Made by a program: the position numbers and the translations under genes. A model generated the notes under the pieces. That model saw only the letters and a program-made list of their open reading frames with translations, was not told the origin of the DNA and did not search any database. A stretch of 64,000 bases of DNA. It comes from Octopus sinensis. Its lineage: Eukaryota. The stretch covers positions 146,878,001 through 146,942,000 of the forward strand of contig NC_042997.1 in NCBI RefSeq assembly GCF_006345805.1, written 5' to 3'. Positions 49,455-63,090 of the stretch are shown piece by piece. How positions within the stretch are numbered: the stretch's first letter is position 1; every line of letters starts with the position of its first letter.

Positions 49455-49786
49455 CAGGGGTTCTCAACTATTTTTTACCTATGAACCTCTTTGCTTACTA
49501 TTTTCTTCTGGTGGACTCTCGTATCCATTGTATGTTTAAAAACTAGTTTTATAGAATCTTCTTTCAAAATTCCTATTTTGTTTTTCCCACATTACCTTGT
49601 GTAGGTTGAACTATGTAAACTTAGAAAAAGAAACCTGTTTGTTTCTTGCAATACGCACCAATGCATACATCTAAAGCAAACATTTTTAGTGGCTCTTAAA
49701 ATAGTATTGTGGATCCTTATCTTACTATTTTGTTTCTTGGACCCCCCCCCCACAAATCTTATATGGATACTGGTTGAGGACCTCTG
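49455..49786 (+). mobile_element. hAT MITE with perfect 8-bp TSD, 45 bp into CDC37 intron 3
   Basis: CAGGGGTTCTCAAC...GTTGAGGACCTCTG flanked by ATTTAAGT on both sides. Confidence 0.9.
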
Positions 49787-52321
49787 ATTTAAGTAATGAG
49801 ACAGATCTTATTGTGATGTATTTTATGTATTCTAGATTTTTATAATGGAAATATATTTACTGTCTTTTGAAATTTTGCTTTGAGTTTGTTGCAATTTTAT
49901 GTGTCTATAAGTAAAGGTACATGCTCTTTTATTGGATTCAGCCACTGAATTGTGGCCAGGCTGGGGCACTGCCTTCTAGGGTACAGTAAATTATACCAAC
50001 CCAAGCAGTTATTTTATTGAACTGGGCAAGAATTGATCTGGTCGTAGAGTTGTAATCAAATATTACAAAATATTTCATCCTGCCATCTACTGGTTCTTCC
50101 ATCGAAATGCCTATTTGTGTCTTATTTAAATACACAAGGTGCCAGTGCCATGTAAAAAGCACCAGGATACTCAGTAAAGTGGTTGATGTTAGAAGGTCAT
50201 GCAGCCAATAGAAACCATGCCAAAGCAGACAATTGAGGCCTGGCTGGCTATTTCCTGCTAAACTGTCCAACCCATGCCAGCATGAAAATTGGATGTTAAC
50301 TGATGATGATGGTCAGTAAATTAGTAGTCAGTAAATATTTGTAAATGTATTCAGTGTTGTACTTTTGATCCATTAATTGTTTGATTTGAAGAAGGGCCCT
50401 GTCCAAAATATGTTCATTCACCTCCATGGCACATGAACTTGTCTTAAAAAATATTATAAGCAGTTTCTCAGATTTCCATCAATTATCCAGTCTTTCATAA
50501 CTATTCATATTTCTATTTGCCATCGCTATGGACCTGAATGACATAACTGCATTGGGGAACAGGATTTAGGTTAGAGGGAATTTTCGTTTTTAATTTACAA
50601 AACTTCATTACCTCTTAATGTGTAATTTTCAATGAATGATAGAAGCTGTGCAATTGTAGTGTCATGTAACTCGATCAATAACCTGTTCTTATTTAATTCT
50701 TGCTTAAAAGAAAGTGTCTCACTGAGAATAATTACTCTCAGTTGTTACTTGATTTGTTTTAAATTTTGGTATCTAGTAACAGGTTGAGATAGTTCATATT
50801 TTTAGTTTAAGAATTGGGATAATGTGGAATGGAATTGCTTTGTCCCAAGTCAGCTCTGATTAAGCAAACCTTTAATTAAAAGCATTGAAACTATAACCAT
50901 GCCATCTCTTTGTATATTGAGGACTACATTGTGCAATGTAGCCTTCCTCTTTTTAAGATAGTAGGGTGAGTTTAAGGGGGTTTTGACATATTTCTAGCAA
51001 GTAATGTGATTACATAAAGGCAAACTTGTTCACATTATAATTATTATTTTTAAAGTGGTAGTCTACAATTCTCCTTTCTATTTCTAAACAATCTTGTCCA
51101 GTCAGGAATAATTGTGTGTTCTGATGTTGAAACAAGTCTGAGCAAGTTGTGGTAGTTTTCAATGGCTGTTAATTAAGCTTTTTATCATGTGAGGTTTGTT
51201 TGATGTTGAAAATTGATGGGAATAAACAAGCTGTTAATGCTGTCAACATCTTTTGTAAATTGGTTGTATATGTAATGTGATGATTTGTATTCAATGATTT
51301 CATGTGGCAACTACTAAGCCATGTATGTTACATCATACTGACCATCACATGGGTTGTTACCAACTTAATCCTTTATCATTCAGATTTTTCTCTCGAATGT
51401 AATACTCATTCATTCACATTGTTTTAAATTAATCCTGCATTATCCCATAGCTTTGGGATTTAGGTGATGTGGTTGTTTGTTTTTATAATGACACTGTAGG
51501 GTAGGTGTGAGAAGCCAGATCAGCTTAGTTTGAATATAAAACAAGAAGAGTATTTGTGCCAGATTTGGCCGGATTGTTAGAAACTGTATGGTTTTGTATA
51601 AACTGATCAACGGCCAGTTCTTAATCTCTTATTATAAAAGGCAGATTTTATATTATATAAAGGAAAAATGACATTGCAGACAGTAAGAGTAGGGATACTG
51701 TTGTGAAGTTGTAGCTACCAGCAGAGAAATGCAGGAGAGAGCTAATATGTGCCAATCCTTTAACAGTTACACTAAATCCCGGATGTGATTATCCTTTATT
51801 TTTTATTTGTTTTAGTCAGATCGTTGCAATGCTTGGGCACTGCCTTGAAGAATTTTTAGTCAAATGAATCAATTCCAGTACTTTTGTTTTTTTCTAAGCC
51901 TGGTTCTTATTCTATTGATCTCATTTGCTGAACTGCCAAGTTATTGGGACATAAACACACTGACACTGGTTAAGTAGTGGTGAGGAGACAAAAATAGGCA
52001 CAAAGACACACACACACACATATGCATCCATATATATGACAGGCTTCATTTAGTTTCCATCTTACCAAATCCATTTACAAGGATTTGGTCAGCCTGAGGC
52101 TATAATAGATGACACTTGCCCAAGGTACCACACAATGGGACAACCTAGAACTAAATGGTTGGGAAGCAAGCCATACCTGCACCTATGTCTTCTTGCCACA
52201 CTGCCATACCTGGGATTTTATTCTGCTTAGATATCTTCTCTTCACCTAAATGTTTTTACAGTGTAGGAAGGCTACATTTGACTTAATTACAAAATAATTG
52301 AAGCTTGTTTTTTCATATCAG

Positions 52322-52426
52322 GTACCTTCAGCAGAATTAGCCAAACTTAAGATTGAAATTTCTGAACTTGAAAAACAAGAGAAGGAATTCCTTGAAAAAG
52401 AAGAAGCTCTTAAGAAAAAGGAAAAA
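52322..52426 (+). CDS. CDC37: Cdc37 exon 4 VPSAELAKLKIEISELEKQEKEFLEKEEALKKKEK
   Basis: CAG/GTATGT, 105 nt, coiled coil ending KKKEK as in homologues. Confidence 0.93.
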
Positions 52427-54258
52427 GTATGTAAACTGTATGAATTGGATCTGTTTGTGAAGCATGTCATTAAATTATTTTCCAGCAAACTTATGAATTA
52501 ACTGTTAACATAATGTAGCATATTAAATATTTTTGTTATTTCAGAAGATTTCTGTTAAATTGACACACTTTAATTAAATATTACACATAATAAGCATTAA
52601 TCTGTGTGAAATTAAATCTTGAGCAAAGCACTTCATTTCACATTGCTCCAGTCCACTCATCATCCTTGTCATCCTTTAACGTCTGTGTTCCATTCTAACA
52701 TGGTACCACAAGAGCCGGTCAGACTGAAGCCTGTACCAGACTTCTGTAACTGTTCTGGCAGGATTTTTACAGCTGGATACCATTCTTCACCAACCATTCA
52801 GCAGAGTGGACTTGGTGTTTTTTATGTGGCACAAGCACAGGTGAGGTGAGTAGTGCTTTGAGTAATCCTGCAGCAGACTGGTGCCCTGTCCAGGGAGGAA
52901 TATATATGCCAGAGAAACTGGAAAATTGGCCCTATGCTCATTACAGAGTAATGTGGACTAACTAGTATAAGAATATAAGACAAAAAAAAGGAACAAAATC
53001 ATTGACAGAACTCAAATGCTTTGTAGCTTTTGGTGACAGAAATACCACTTTAGTATATGCCATTCTATTTCCACATTTTCAACTGTTTTTATTGTATTTC
53101 TACACTTCTGCATATGTAGTTCGAGTTGAATGTAACCCACAAACTAGTGTTTAGAAAATTTGTTTGTTTACAATTAAGCCAAACTACTTGTTAATGTTTA
53201 GCCTCAGAGCAGCCTTGGTCCAACAGACATAATCAAAGGCATTCCAGACCGTTTTTTGTTTCAGTGTTTTTTCTTTTTCATAGTGACTTAGGTTGGGTAA
53301 GGTTTCTTGAGACAATATTCTATACCTAGATGCTTTACTTGATACCAACTAATTCGCAATAGAAGCAACAATTACAGTTAAGTAGCATTTTGCCTTGCAG
53401 ATGAAAAACTCCTTGCAATATATATTTACTTTAGGGCAGCAAGCTGGCAGAAACGTTAGCATGCCTGTCTTTACTTTCTGAGTTCAAATTCCGCTGAGGT
53501 TGACTTTGCCTTTTATCCCTTCAGGGATAAATTTAGGGCCTTGTTTCTAGAGTAGAGAAGAATATTTCTTTACCTTTTTTTTAATTTATTATTGTACATG
53601 ACTCCAAAGTTAGGAGTGATTTCCATTAAAAATTACTGATTGTACGTAGTAATTAGCAATAAAGCAACTTGTTTGGAGTTAGAAAAGGAAAGAAAAAGCT
53701 AATGAGAAGCTGCCTTAAAAATCATGAAACAGTCGATGCAAGATTTAAAAGAATTATAATTAAATTTTTCTGGGGAAAACATTGAGAAAAATGTTTGTGG
53801 TGTGGGGGATTACTAGAGTAGAAACACTTCTTACAAGAGGAGACAACAGCAGTCATAGGACAAGAACTAGCATAAGATGAGTGACTTGAGAAGTAAGTTG
53901 CTTTATAAGGCAGTAAAGGACAGTTTTGCCAGATAACTATAGACTTCAGGGATATTTAGATATTTTCAAGGTATGTTTTGTAGTTTTTAAAAAATTATTT
54001 TTTATTGTGAAAATTATAGGACTGTATTAAAGGAATATGATTTTAGTCAAATTATGATTTAATACTTGAATAGTGATTGAATTTTACCAAGTTTCATGTT
54101 CCAATTTTCTTGAAATAGCATGTTTATACAGTGGTGTATTGTATATTAAGTAATTTTGCAAAAAGAATTTAGAAAAATAAATCTGCTGAGGTACAGTATA
54201 TTGTTTTGAAGTTTAGTTTAAGTTTATTAATTTAATATACTTACATTTTCTTTTCCAG

Positions 54259-54309
54259 CTTACTCCTTGGAATGTTGATACCTTGTGCCATGATAAATCT
54301 TCTAAAACT
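54259..54309 (+). CDS. CDC37: Cdc37 exon 5 LTPWNVDTLCHDKSSKT
   Basis: PWNVDTL motif, CAG/GTAAGT, 51 nt. Confidence 0.96.
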
Positions 54310-54988
54310 GTAAGTTCTCTTAAAAATACAATCATATTCATTTACTGGTTTCTTTCTTTGAAGTGTAAAACCTTCAAAGTCAATTATAGTCTGCTGTAAT
54401 TATTTTACCAGTCTGTCAAATACTTAACCTATCTCAATATCAGGGACTTGAGTCAGACAAAAGTATCACGAAATGTTTGTTGTTTAATGTAAAGATTTTT
54501 TTTCGCACATTGCCTCTCAGCAATACATATTTATTCTTTTACAAGAATAGTGTCAGCAATAACTTGGAAGTTTCTACCTACTTAGCCTTCATTGAACAGT
54601 CTGATAGAAGTCATTGTCAATACTTGTAAAGAATAATAATCTATATAGATTCGAAAATTCATTTGATGAGACGCTAAATACATAGGTCGGTGGTGTAGAT
54701 TAAAGAAAGTCAACAATTTTGAATCTTGTTTTTGTCGATTAGTTAGAAGACAAAATGAAGTGATCTTTGCAGAGCCTCTATGATTAATGGTACCAATACA
54801 TGGTGTTGCTGTAGATTTAGCTTGATCAGAAGTTTAGTCAGAATGTTTGCGGCTAAGCAGAGTCCAGTACTAACAACTAAAGGCTAGGCAATGAGGTGTT
54901 AAACTGGGTGACATATTGGGTGCACATTTCAATTCTGTTTTAAATTTTCTGTTGAATAAAAATGTGAAACTATGTTTTCTTCTAACAG

Positions 54989-55051
54989 TTAATAAATGTA
55001 ACTCAACCAAAAAGAGAAGAAATGACTGAAGAAGAAAAAACCAGAAGGCAA
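54989..55051 (+). CDS. CDC37: Cdc37 exon 6 LINVTQPKREEMTEEEKTRRQ
   Basis: CAG/GTAAGT, 63 nt, in frame. Confidence 0.9.
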
Positions 55052-56887
55052 GTAAGTATATTTTAATTCTATTTTTCCTACGTCCTTTGGCCGAACTGAG
55101 ACATTGGAAACAATCTAAAGATTGCATTTAAAAATCAAAATAAGACAGTTATTTGAATCCAGAATTATACAAATTCTGAATTTCTAAAACGAGATGAAAA
55201 CAGCTGTAGTTAAGAAAGAGATATATATATTCTCTTATTCTTTTACTTGTTTCAGTCATTTGACTGCAGCCATGCTGGATCACTTCCTTTCCTTCAGCAA
55301 ATTGAACCCAGGACTTATTCTTTGTAAGCCTAGTACTTATTCTATCGGATCCTTTTGCCAAACCACTGTTACAGGGATGTAAACACACCAGCATCAGTTG
55401 TCAAGCTATGTTGGGGTGGGGGGGTGGGGGACAAACACAGGCACACAAACATATACACACACATTCATCCATATATATATGACAGGCTTCTTTCAGTTTC
55501 TTTATACCAAATCCACTCATAAGGCTTTGGTTGGCATGAGGCTATAGTAGAAGACACTTGTCCAATGTACCATGCAGTGGCTCTGAACCCAGAACCATGT
55601 GGTTGGTAAGTAAGCTGCTTACCACAGAGCCACTTCTGTGCTTATATATGATAAGAATCAAGTTAAAAATAATGGTCATTACATTTTTTCCTTTATTGGA
55701 GCAGATTTGGCTTACAGTTGTTTCCAGTAGTCATGAGTGTATTACTGATAGTGAGATATGCAAAACAAGTTAAAAATAAGTTAAACCTGTGTAAAAACCA
55801 GTTTGTCTGAACCCATCCATTGATTTACAATATAGAATTGGGATGAACCATAACCTTAGACTTTATCAAAAGATTATCTGGAGTTCTTTACTAATCTAAG
55901 TAATATTGTTAGCCTGGCATGCCAACAGAAAACTTATGAAGTATTTTACCTGGATTGATAATCCCTCACTATTTGTTATATCGTGATTGACCATGCTATT
56001 GGATGTTGTTATACATCACTGATCACAATGTGCTTTGCATTGTTTTAGGTTTCAAATGATGCTACCCTACTGGTTCGACGAGCAGACTAACATTTTCCCC
56101 TACTCTTGTAGGGTGATGCATTTACAGCTAAGTGGGTTGGAACTACAGGAAATGAAGTGTTTTGCTCAAGAACACAATGTGTCACCTGGTCCAGGAATGA
56201 AACCCATTATTTAGCAATTGTTAGTGCAACACCATAACCACTAGGTCATGCACCTTTGCACACATGTTAATGTGTGTGTGTGTGTGGGTAGGTGGGTGTG
56301 GTTTTTACGACTGCATGTCCTTCTTAACACCAGCTACTTTACAGTGTGCTGGGTGCTTTTTACAGTAGTATGTAAAAAGCACATGGCACACTCTGTAAAG
56401 TGGCTGGTATTAGGAAGAGCAAAAAGCATCCAGCCATAAATTAGTCCTTATATATATAAGGACTAATTTAAGATTGAATGAAGAGCATACATATGTGTAG
56501 AGGCAATTTCAAAGGGGCATTCACACCTCTCTTCTAAATCTGAGTAATCACATTGCTCTTCTATAGTGCTTTTGGCTCCCCCACCATTCTCTCATACTTC
56601 AATCCTTCATCTCCTTGTATAAAGTTACCCTCCTTCCCCTGCTAATGCAGGTGGCATGAAAAATAGCATCCAGTACATGTTGTAAAGTTATTGGCATTAG
56701 GAAGGGCATCCAGCTGTAGAAACCATATCAGAGCAGCTACTGGAACATGATGCAGCCCTTGGACTCATGTAAAACTGTCCAATGCATGCCAAATAATATC
56801 CATTTGCCTTTATCCATCATATATTTTATTTATTACTTTTCTTTCAGTTTAAATTGTGATTGTTTTTTTCTTCTCTCTACTTTTAAG

Positions 56888-57046
56888 GAAATTTTCATAA
56901 AAGAACACAAAAAAGAAGTTGAAAAGTTTGGCATGATTAAAAGACCTCAGGATAGTATGGAATATTTGTTAGAAAATAATCACTTGGTGTGTGAAGAAAC
57001 AGCTAATTACTTGGTTATGTGGTGTATTGAGCTGGAGATGGAAGAG
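56888..57046 (+). CDS. CDC37: Cdc37 exon 7 EIFIKEHKKEVEKFGMIKRPQDSMEYLLENNHLVCEETANYLVMWCIELEMEE
   Basis: HLVCEETANYLV.WC Hsp90-binding domain motif, AAG/GTAAG, 159 nt. Confidence 0.97.
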
Positions 57047-58114
57047 GTAAGAGTTTTGAGGTTTTAACTGGAGAGAAAAGAAATGTTCTCTCAGTGTAAA
57101 GATGTTCAGTTGAGTCAAGTTTTAAAATGCAACTGAACATGTAGTTGGATTTAGTTTTAGTTCCTGGCTTCACATAGAAGGTAACTACAAATAGCTATTG
57201 TAAATACTGGAGCAAATGTTTTTATCTTAATGTCAGCTTTTTTTCCATGGGGCAAAATGCTAATTATTCATTGGCTGAATATGAACTGAATCAACTTCAG
57301 TTTGATTTATTTTTTCAATGCAGAAAAATGAAAGGCAACTTTGGACTTGGTAGAGTAGAATTCAGAATCTAGAGCTTAGCTAAGCACTTTAGTCTGGCCT
57401 TCTACTATATCTGCTCTCTTTTTAGTCTTCTTTTAATATAAACAATTAGATTGAATGAGAATAGTAATGGCAATGTTTGTACCTTGAAGTTAATAATTTG
57501 TTTATATTATTACCATAACTGCTTAGAAATATAGAAACCAGACAATACTGCCTTGTGGTAAGATGTAATGATAATTAAGAAAAAATGTTAAAATTGCATC
57601 AGAATTTAACAGAAAGTCGAATAAATTCTTGTGACAGAATTGAATTGTGTTGTTTTGGTCAGAGCTGTTATTTGGTATTCTAATTTCTCTGTCAAATATA
57701 ATGCTTATTCATATTTTGAGTTAATCGCACATTATCTTGTAGCTTCAAGATTTCAATGATGTGATTATTTTTAGAATGACATTTTAGAGTAGGTGTGAGA
57801 GGCAGGATCTGGCCAGCTTGAACATAAAATGGGTAGAATATTTGGACCTGAAATGGTAGTTTAAATGTGAAAGGATTAAACAATATAAAAAGCATAGAGA
57901 ACTAACAAACCTTTTCTTTTGCAAGGTATTTTGGTACATTAATTGAAAGTTGGGTTGTCTGCTGCCTTCCTTTAGATTATATTAGATTGTTTTATAATAC
58001 ACTATATGCCTTGTGACATCTGAATTCTTTGAGAAGGGTTTAGAGTTATTGGTGAAATTTGATTTTTTTTCACAAATTTTTGGCTTCTAAGTCTGTTTTC
58101 TTTTCTTATTGTAG

Positions 58115-58230
58115 AAAAAAAATTTAATGGAACATGTTTCCCATCAGACAATTGTGATGCAATTTATTCTGGAACTTGCTAAACAGCTTGACCGTGATCC
58201 TAGAGACTGTGTAAGAACATTCTTTGGCAA
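58115..58230 (+). CDS. CDC37: Cdc37 exon 8 KKNLMEHVSHQTIVMQFILELAKQLDRDPRDCVRTFFG(K)
   Basis: HQTIVMQFILELAK motif, TAG/GTAAGT, 116 nt. Confidence 0.97.
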
Positions 58231-60060
58231 GTAAGTAGGCTTTTCTTGATTTATTTATTATTGAGTCATTATTTTTACAGCCTTATGTTTTTCCTATCAA
58301 TAACCTTTACCGGTTTTGTTGAAGTCCTTTGAGAGCAGAGCTACCAGACAATCCATAGCTCAGCAATTTTCATGTAAAGTACAGGATGTAAGCATATGTA
58401 TGCACACACACATGGTCTTTGTACAGTTTTCTGCTATAAAATTCATTCACTAAGCATAAGTCTGCCTGGTGCTGAAGTAAAAGACACAGAATAAGACAGA
58501 ACCTGAAACCACATGGTAGCAAAGCAAGCTTCTTAACCATAGCCATACTAATACATTCTTGGTGAGCATCCATCTGATGCCCCCCCCCCCACCTTCTCAT
58601 TTATTTGTCACCCATTTCCCTCCTATTTCATAGTACGTGTTTAATTTGAGATGGTACTGGATCTCTTTGATTATCTCAGCAAGTTATAATATTGGAATTG
58701 TGCCTGCTCTACACTTTTTTTTCTCTCCCACCAATATACCTGAGGGAAAGCATTGGGTCTGTTTATATCTGATATACATTACCATCACCCTTTCTGTGCT
58801 GCCAGCTATCACTCCATTGTTCTGGCCATTCATTGCTGATACCATCACTCTTGTTATTGCTCATCTATGTTGTCACCCACCATTTGATCTCTATTTTGCC
58901 AGCCTTATGCTGTCACTTTTTGCCTTCATACCCTAACTCTAGTCCTTATGTCATTGTGCGCTACCTTCTCTTCATCATGGTTACGCTAGCTTGAATAAAT
59001 GAAAATGCCACAAAGTCGAGAGTTGCTTAGTCTTGTCAAGCATGTGACAGTTTCTTTTCTGTCATGGCCCTGGTAAAATTCATCCAACACACTCAGTAGA
59101 GTGGTTGGTGGTAGGAATGGCATCCAACTGTAGAAACTGTTATAAAGTAGATTATACAAATGAGATGTGGTCTCTGGCATGTTTTGGAAGGCTGTGGCTC
59201 CAAATGACCTGATTTGGCTCAAGACAACCCATGCTAGCATGGAAAATGAATGTAAGATAATGACTTCAGTTGTTGAACAAATGTATCCTTTAGCTATAGG
59301 TTTCCATCAGATTGACCATTGGTTCACTTCATTTCTGACAGTGTCTTAATGCGGAACAAATAATGCAAAGAATTTTCAAAAAAGCACCAATTTTGTTGCT
59401 TGTGTACATTACATATATAAAAAAAAAACATGGTATTCTGAAGTTTCTATTGACCAAATTTCATCCACAAGTATTGTCAACCTGAAGTTGTGGTAGAAGA
59501 CTTCTGCCTAAGGTAGTTACAGAGCAAGCTACTTAATCACACATAAAAGGTCCAACCTATGTGAATCTTCTAATTTAGTAATTTGTTTCAATGAAGTGGT
59601 TAACAAGGGCAATCAAGTGATAAAAACATTTGCACCAAGAATTAAACCATCTTTTCTATGGAAATAAAAACTCATGCTACCTTATTTGTAAGACCCAATT
59701 GTCTAAAACCAGATAAAATCACTTCATCTCGAGTGTGTGTCTTGGAGATCCTTTTACTTCAACATCCATTCATTTGTATTAGCTAAGTACCAAGCCATGC
59801 TTATTGATGGCAGAAGCCAATTCTGATATTTTATCACTTCAACTACAAACTCCTGTACTTTTTTTATCAGTCTTGTGTATGTCTAAATTGATTATATTTT
59901 GATGTTGGCATTATATTTTCATAAATACTGAATATAGTCATAAATTGCAGTCAAGATATTAATTCCTGGATCAATCCTGATTGAGTAAACCTATCCCTAA
60001 AAGTGTATTTTGTATAATCTAAGACTACTTTTTCTTTTCTTTTATTTTTTAAAACCATAG

Positions 60061-60193
60061 GATGACAAATCCCAATCCTGCTCAAGAGAAACAATACATG
60101 GCAGCTTTTGAAGATGAGTTAAATGCTTTCAAGGGTAGGGTTCGTGCCCGAGCCAAAGAAAAACTGGAAGAAAGCATTAGGCAGATTGAAGAG
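60061..60193 (+). CDS. CDC37: Cdc37 exon 9 MTNPNPAQEKQYMAAFEDELNAFKGRVRARAKEKLEESIRQIEE
   Basis: QYM..F.DEL.AFK.RVR.RAK motif, TAG/GTATTT, 133 nt. Confidence 0.95.
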
Positions 60194-60802
60194 GTATTTG
60201 ACTCCTTTTAAAGCTTCTAATTCCACCTAGAAAAAGAAAGTAATTGCATATGAATTGGATTGCCTGTGTTCAGTTCACTGCAGGGCAAGAGCCTCAGCAT
60301 ATTCTTTCCTCCAACTATAGTCCTATGTAGGGGCTATAAACTTGAGATCATACTGGTTTAATGAGGCTACTCTGGTTCCTGTGCCTATGGCACATAAAAA
60401 GCACCATCCTAATGCAGTCAATGCCAGTGACCCCTAACTGGCTTTCATGCTGGTGGCACATAAAAAGCACCCGCTAGTTTGGAGTTGTTGACATAAGGAA
60501 GGGCATCTAGCTGTAGAAACCTTACCAGATCAGATTGGAGCCTGGTGCAGCCTCTTGGCTTGCCAATCCTCAGTCAAACTGTCCAACCCATGCCAGCATG
60601 GAGAGTGGACGTTAAATAATGATGACTCTACCACATTGGCTCAACATGGCCAGGCTGAGGGCTGCAGATTTTATACTCTTACCCAGGAGTACTTAAGTTG
60701 AATAAACCAATTCCAGTGCTTAAATATGATTTAACCTTTTCTATAATTAATTTTTGCACTTGTCTTGAGTGTTCATTTTCTTTTCATTTTTTTTTTTTAC
60801 AG

Positions 60803-60871
60803 GAAGAGAGACAAAAGAGATTAGGACCTGGTGGCTTGGATCCAGTTGAAGTGTTTGAGACTTTGCCTGAT
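60803..60871 (+). CDS. CDC37: Cdc37 exon 10 EERQKRLGPGGLDPVEVFETLPD
   Basis: RLGPGGLDPVEV motif, CAG/GTATGT, 69 nt. Confidence 0.97.
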
Positions 60872-60969
60872 GTATGTAAACAATTTTTGTTGTGCTCTAC
60901 AATTTGATGAATTAAGTGTTCAAAACGTCATCTGATTTTCATTTATACCATTTCATATTTCTTTGGCAG

Positions 60970-61158
60970 GTATTGAAAGAATGCTTTGAACAGAAAGATA
61001 TCCAAAAATTAAAAGACACAATTGTAACCCTGGAACCCAAAGATGCTGAATATCACATGAAACGCTGTATTGATTCTGGTTTATGGGTGCCTGAAGGTGG
61101 GGTCAACAAGAGTGAAGAGGAGGAAAGCAATGTAGAGGAAGCCAGTACTGTTGAATGA
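60970..61158 (+). CDS. CDC37: Cdc37 exon 11 (terminal) VLKECFEQKDIQKLKDTIVTLEPKDAEYHMKRCIDSGLWVPEGG...STVE*
   Basis: YHM.RCIDSGLWVP motif, TGA stop. Total CDS 1107 nt = 368 aa with all phases consistent. Confidence 0.97.
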   Translation, partial: VLKECFEQKDIQKLKDTIVTLEPKDAEYHMKRCIDSGLWVPEGGVNKSEEEESNVEEASTVE

Positions 61159-61478
61159 TTGACTAATTCTGAATTACTAACTTTGCCACTGGTATCCTCT
61201 TCCCCTTAAAAAGCCATGATACTGAATGAAACTGAAATCTCATGGCAGTGGTTACTCTCTCTCTCTTCACTCTCTACAAGAACAAAAAGAGATGGGAGGG
61301 GGTGGTGGTGTTTTCTGCTAACAATCCAAGTCAGTGTTGGGGAAGGAAGTATTTGACTTTTCAGATATTACTAGTTTGACTGAACTTTTCTCTGATTTCT
61401 CAACACCCAATTCTTCCTGGGGTGGGTAGATGGTGGATCATATTGGTTCAGCTACTTCTCTCTGAATTGGGTTGTGAA

Positions 61479-61507
61479 AATAAAAAAAAGTTTTGGAAAA
61501 AAATAAA
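61479..61507 (+). terminator. Candidate polyadenylation signals of CDC37 (AATAAA at 61479 and 61502)
   Basis: Two AATAAA hexamers about 320-350 nt after the stop, followed by U-rich sequence. Confidence 0.55.
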
Positions 61508-61578
61508 AAATTTCAATGAGTAATTTGAGTTATGATAAAACACAAATTCAAGAGTTTTTTTTTTTTTTTTGGTCTTTA

Positions 61579-61790
61579 TTAAAGTGATGAATCTTTCTTT
61601 TTGTCTTTACTTTTCTTTTTATCCTTTTTGTCTTTCATTTTCTTTTTACCCTTTTTTTTGGGATGCTTAATTTTCAGTCCTTTTGTTTTCTTTATTAAAA
61701 CATCATCATCCTCCTCATCATTACTCTTATTTCCTCCGTGATCTTCTAAGCAAATGTTGAATGCTTCTCCAGTTTTGAAATAGGATTTTA
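61579..61790 (-). CDS. Terminal coding exon of an unidentified gene convergent with CDC37: KSYFKTGEAFNICLEDHGGNKSNDEEDDDVLIKKTKGLKIKHPKKKGKKKMKDKKDKKKSKDKKKDSSL*
   Basis: Strong T-run-CAG acceptor at 61791-61793 (phase 1), open frame with acidic then Lys-rich tail, TAA stop overlapping AATAAA. Family not recognised. Confidence 0.7.
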
Positions 61791-62891
61791 CTGAAAAAAA
61801 AAAATTCATAAACAGAATTAACTTAATATAGTAGATTATTGATATAAGAAAAAAAGTACACAAGCCTGATAGAAAATTACAATTAGAATCCCAAATCACA
61901 TCATGAAAAAAATGGAGATCATTTTTAATGTCTATTATTATGCTGACATGGAGTCAGATGAATACACTGTAGCAGAGTTTAAGTTTTCTATGGCCAGATG
62001 CCCTTTCCTGCTCCAGGAAATGTATCTACATTGGATACTGTATGTAGTACCTTGATATACTACAACTAAACATTTTTTTAATCAGTTGTTTCATAAAGAT
62101 CTGGAATTAAAAATGTTTTCTATTTTTCATGTTAATAACAGAACTTAATATTTCAAGAATGTGCCCAATAAGTCTTCTCTACTCCATGCCAGAATGAAAT
62201 AAAAAGACATGAAGAGTGTTGTACTCATACTCAGCTGTAAACCTGTCCTATTAGGGATTACGTCTAGAACTACATTAACATGTTCTTTCCATAGTTAAAG
62301 TGGACAGGGTGTGATAGGGAACTTTTGGGTGGAAATTTCTACATTTCTAGCAAGTCATGTAATAATGTGAAGGGCCCTCTCTCCTTGTGATATAAGTGTA
62401 AATCTTAAATTATACAGCTTTTCTTTTTCTACAATATGAGTGAAAAAAGTTTTTTAAAAAATGTAGCAGATAATTGTAAAATTTTGAGCAAACAAGGTAA
62501 CTTTTAACATGGTTGCTAAACTTTTGAGGCTGGAACATCTTTGATAAAGCTATTCAATCAGGACTTAGGCATTCCATACTGATGAAACAATCCCCTTGTT
62601 ATCTTCAGCTAACTTTCTATCTTAACTTGTTTTATTCGTTACATAATGGAAATACTGCACCAAATTCTCTACAAGAACACACCAGTAGAGTTTCCCTCAT
62701 TTGCTTTCCTGCTCTGCATTGAAATTGCTCACTCTAAACTTGATTAGTTGCTAACTCTTTCCATTTTGTCAGGCTTATCACTGTGCACACATACCAGGTT
62801 GAGAGAATCCTTGTCTCTTCAAATCAACAATGTCTTGACAGTGTCTCTTCCATCACACTCAATGTATGTCTGGAGCTAGTCGCTGTCTTCA

Positions 62892-63090
62892 TTAACCCTT
62901 TAGCATTCAAATTGGCCCATATCCAACCAAATTATTTAACCAGTTTTATACTGAAACTGACCAGATCTGGCCTCTCACCTCAACTAAACAATCACATCAC
63001 TGAAATCTCTAAACTACAAGATAACGCACAGTTAACCCAAAACAATATAAATAAACATCACATTTGACAGAATCTGAACACTTCAAATCT
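62892..63090. mobile_element. TTAA-terminated (piggyBac-like) MITE family
   Basis: Starts TTAACCCTTTAGCATT; opposite-orientation copies end ...AAAGGATTAA at about 9745-9897 and 57680-57879, with another at 51365-51575. Confidence 0.6.

Noticed and set aside
52322-52330. Recursive splice site (AG|GT) at CDC37 exon 4, also exon 11
   Set aside because: GT arises from Val codons, the donor consensus is weak, and alternative downstream AGs would shift the frame.
62620-62725. Upstream exon of the minus-strand gene (SRKANEGKLYW...)
   Set aside because: The donor would be phase 0 whereas the terminal exon needs phase 1; splice signals are weak.
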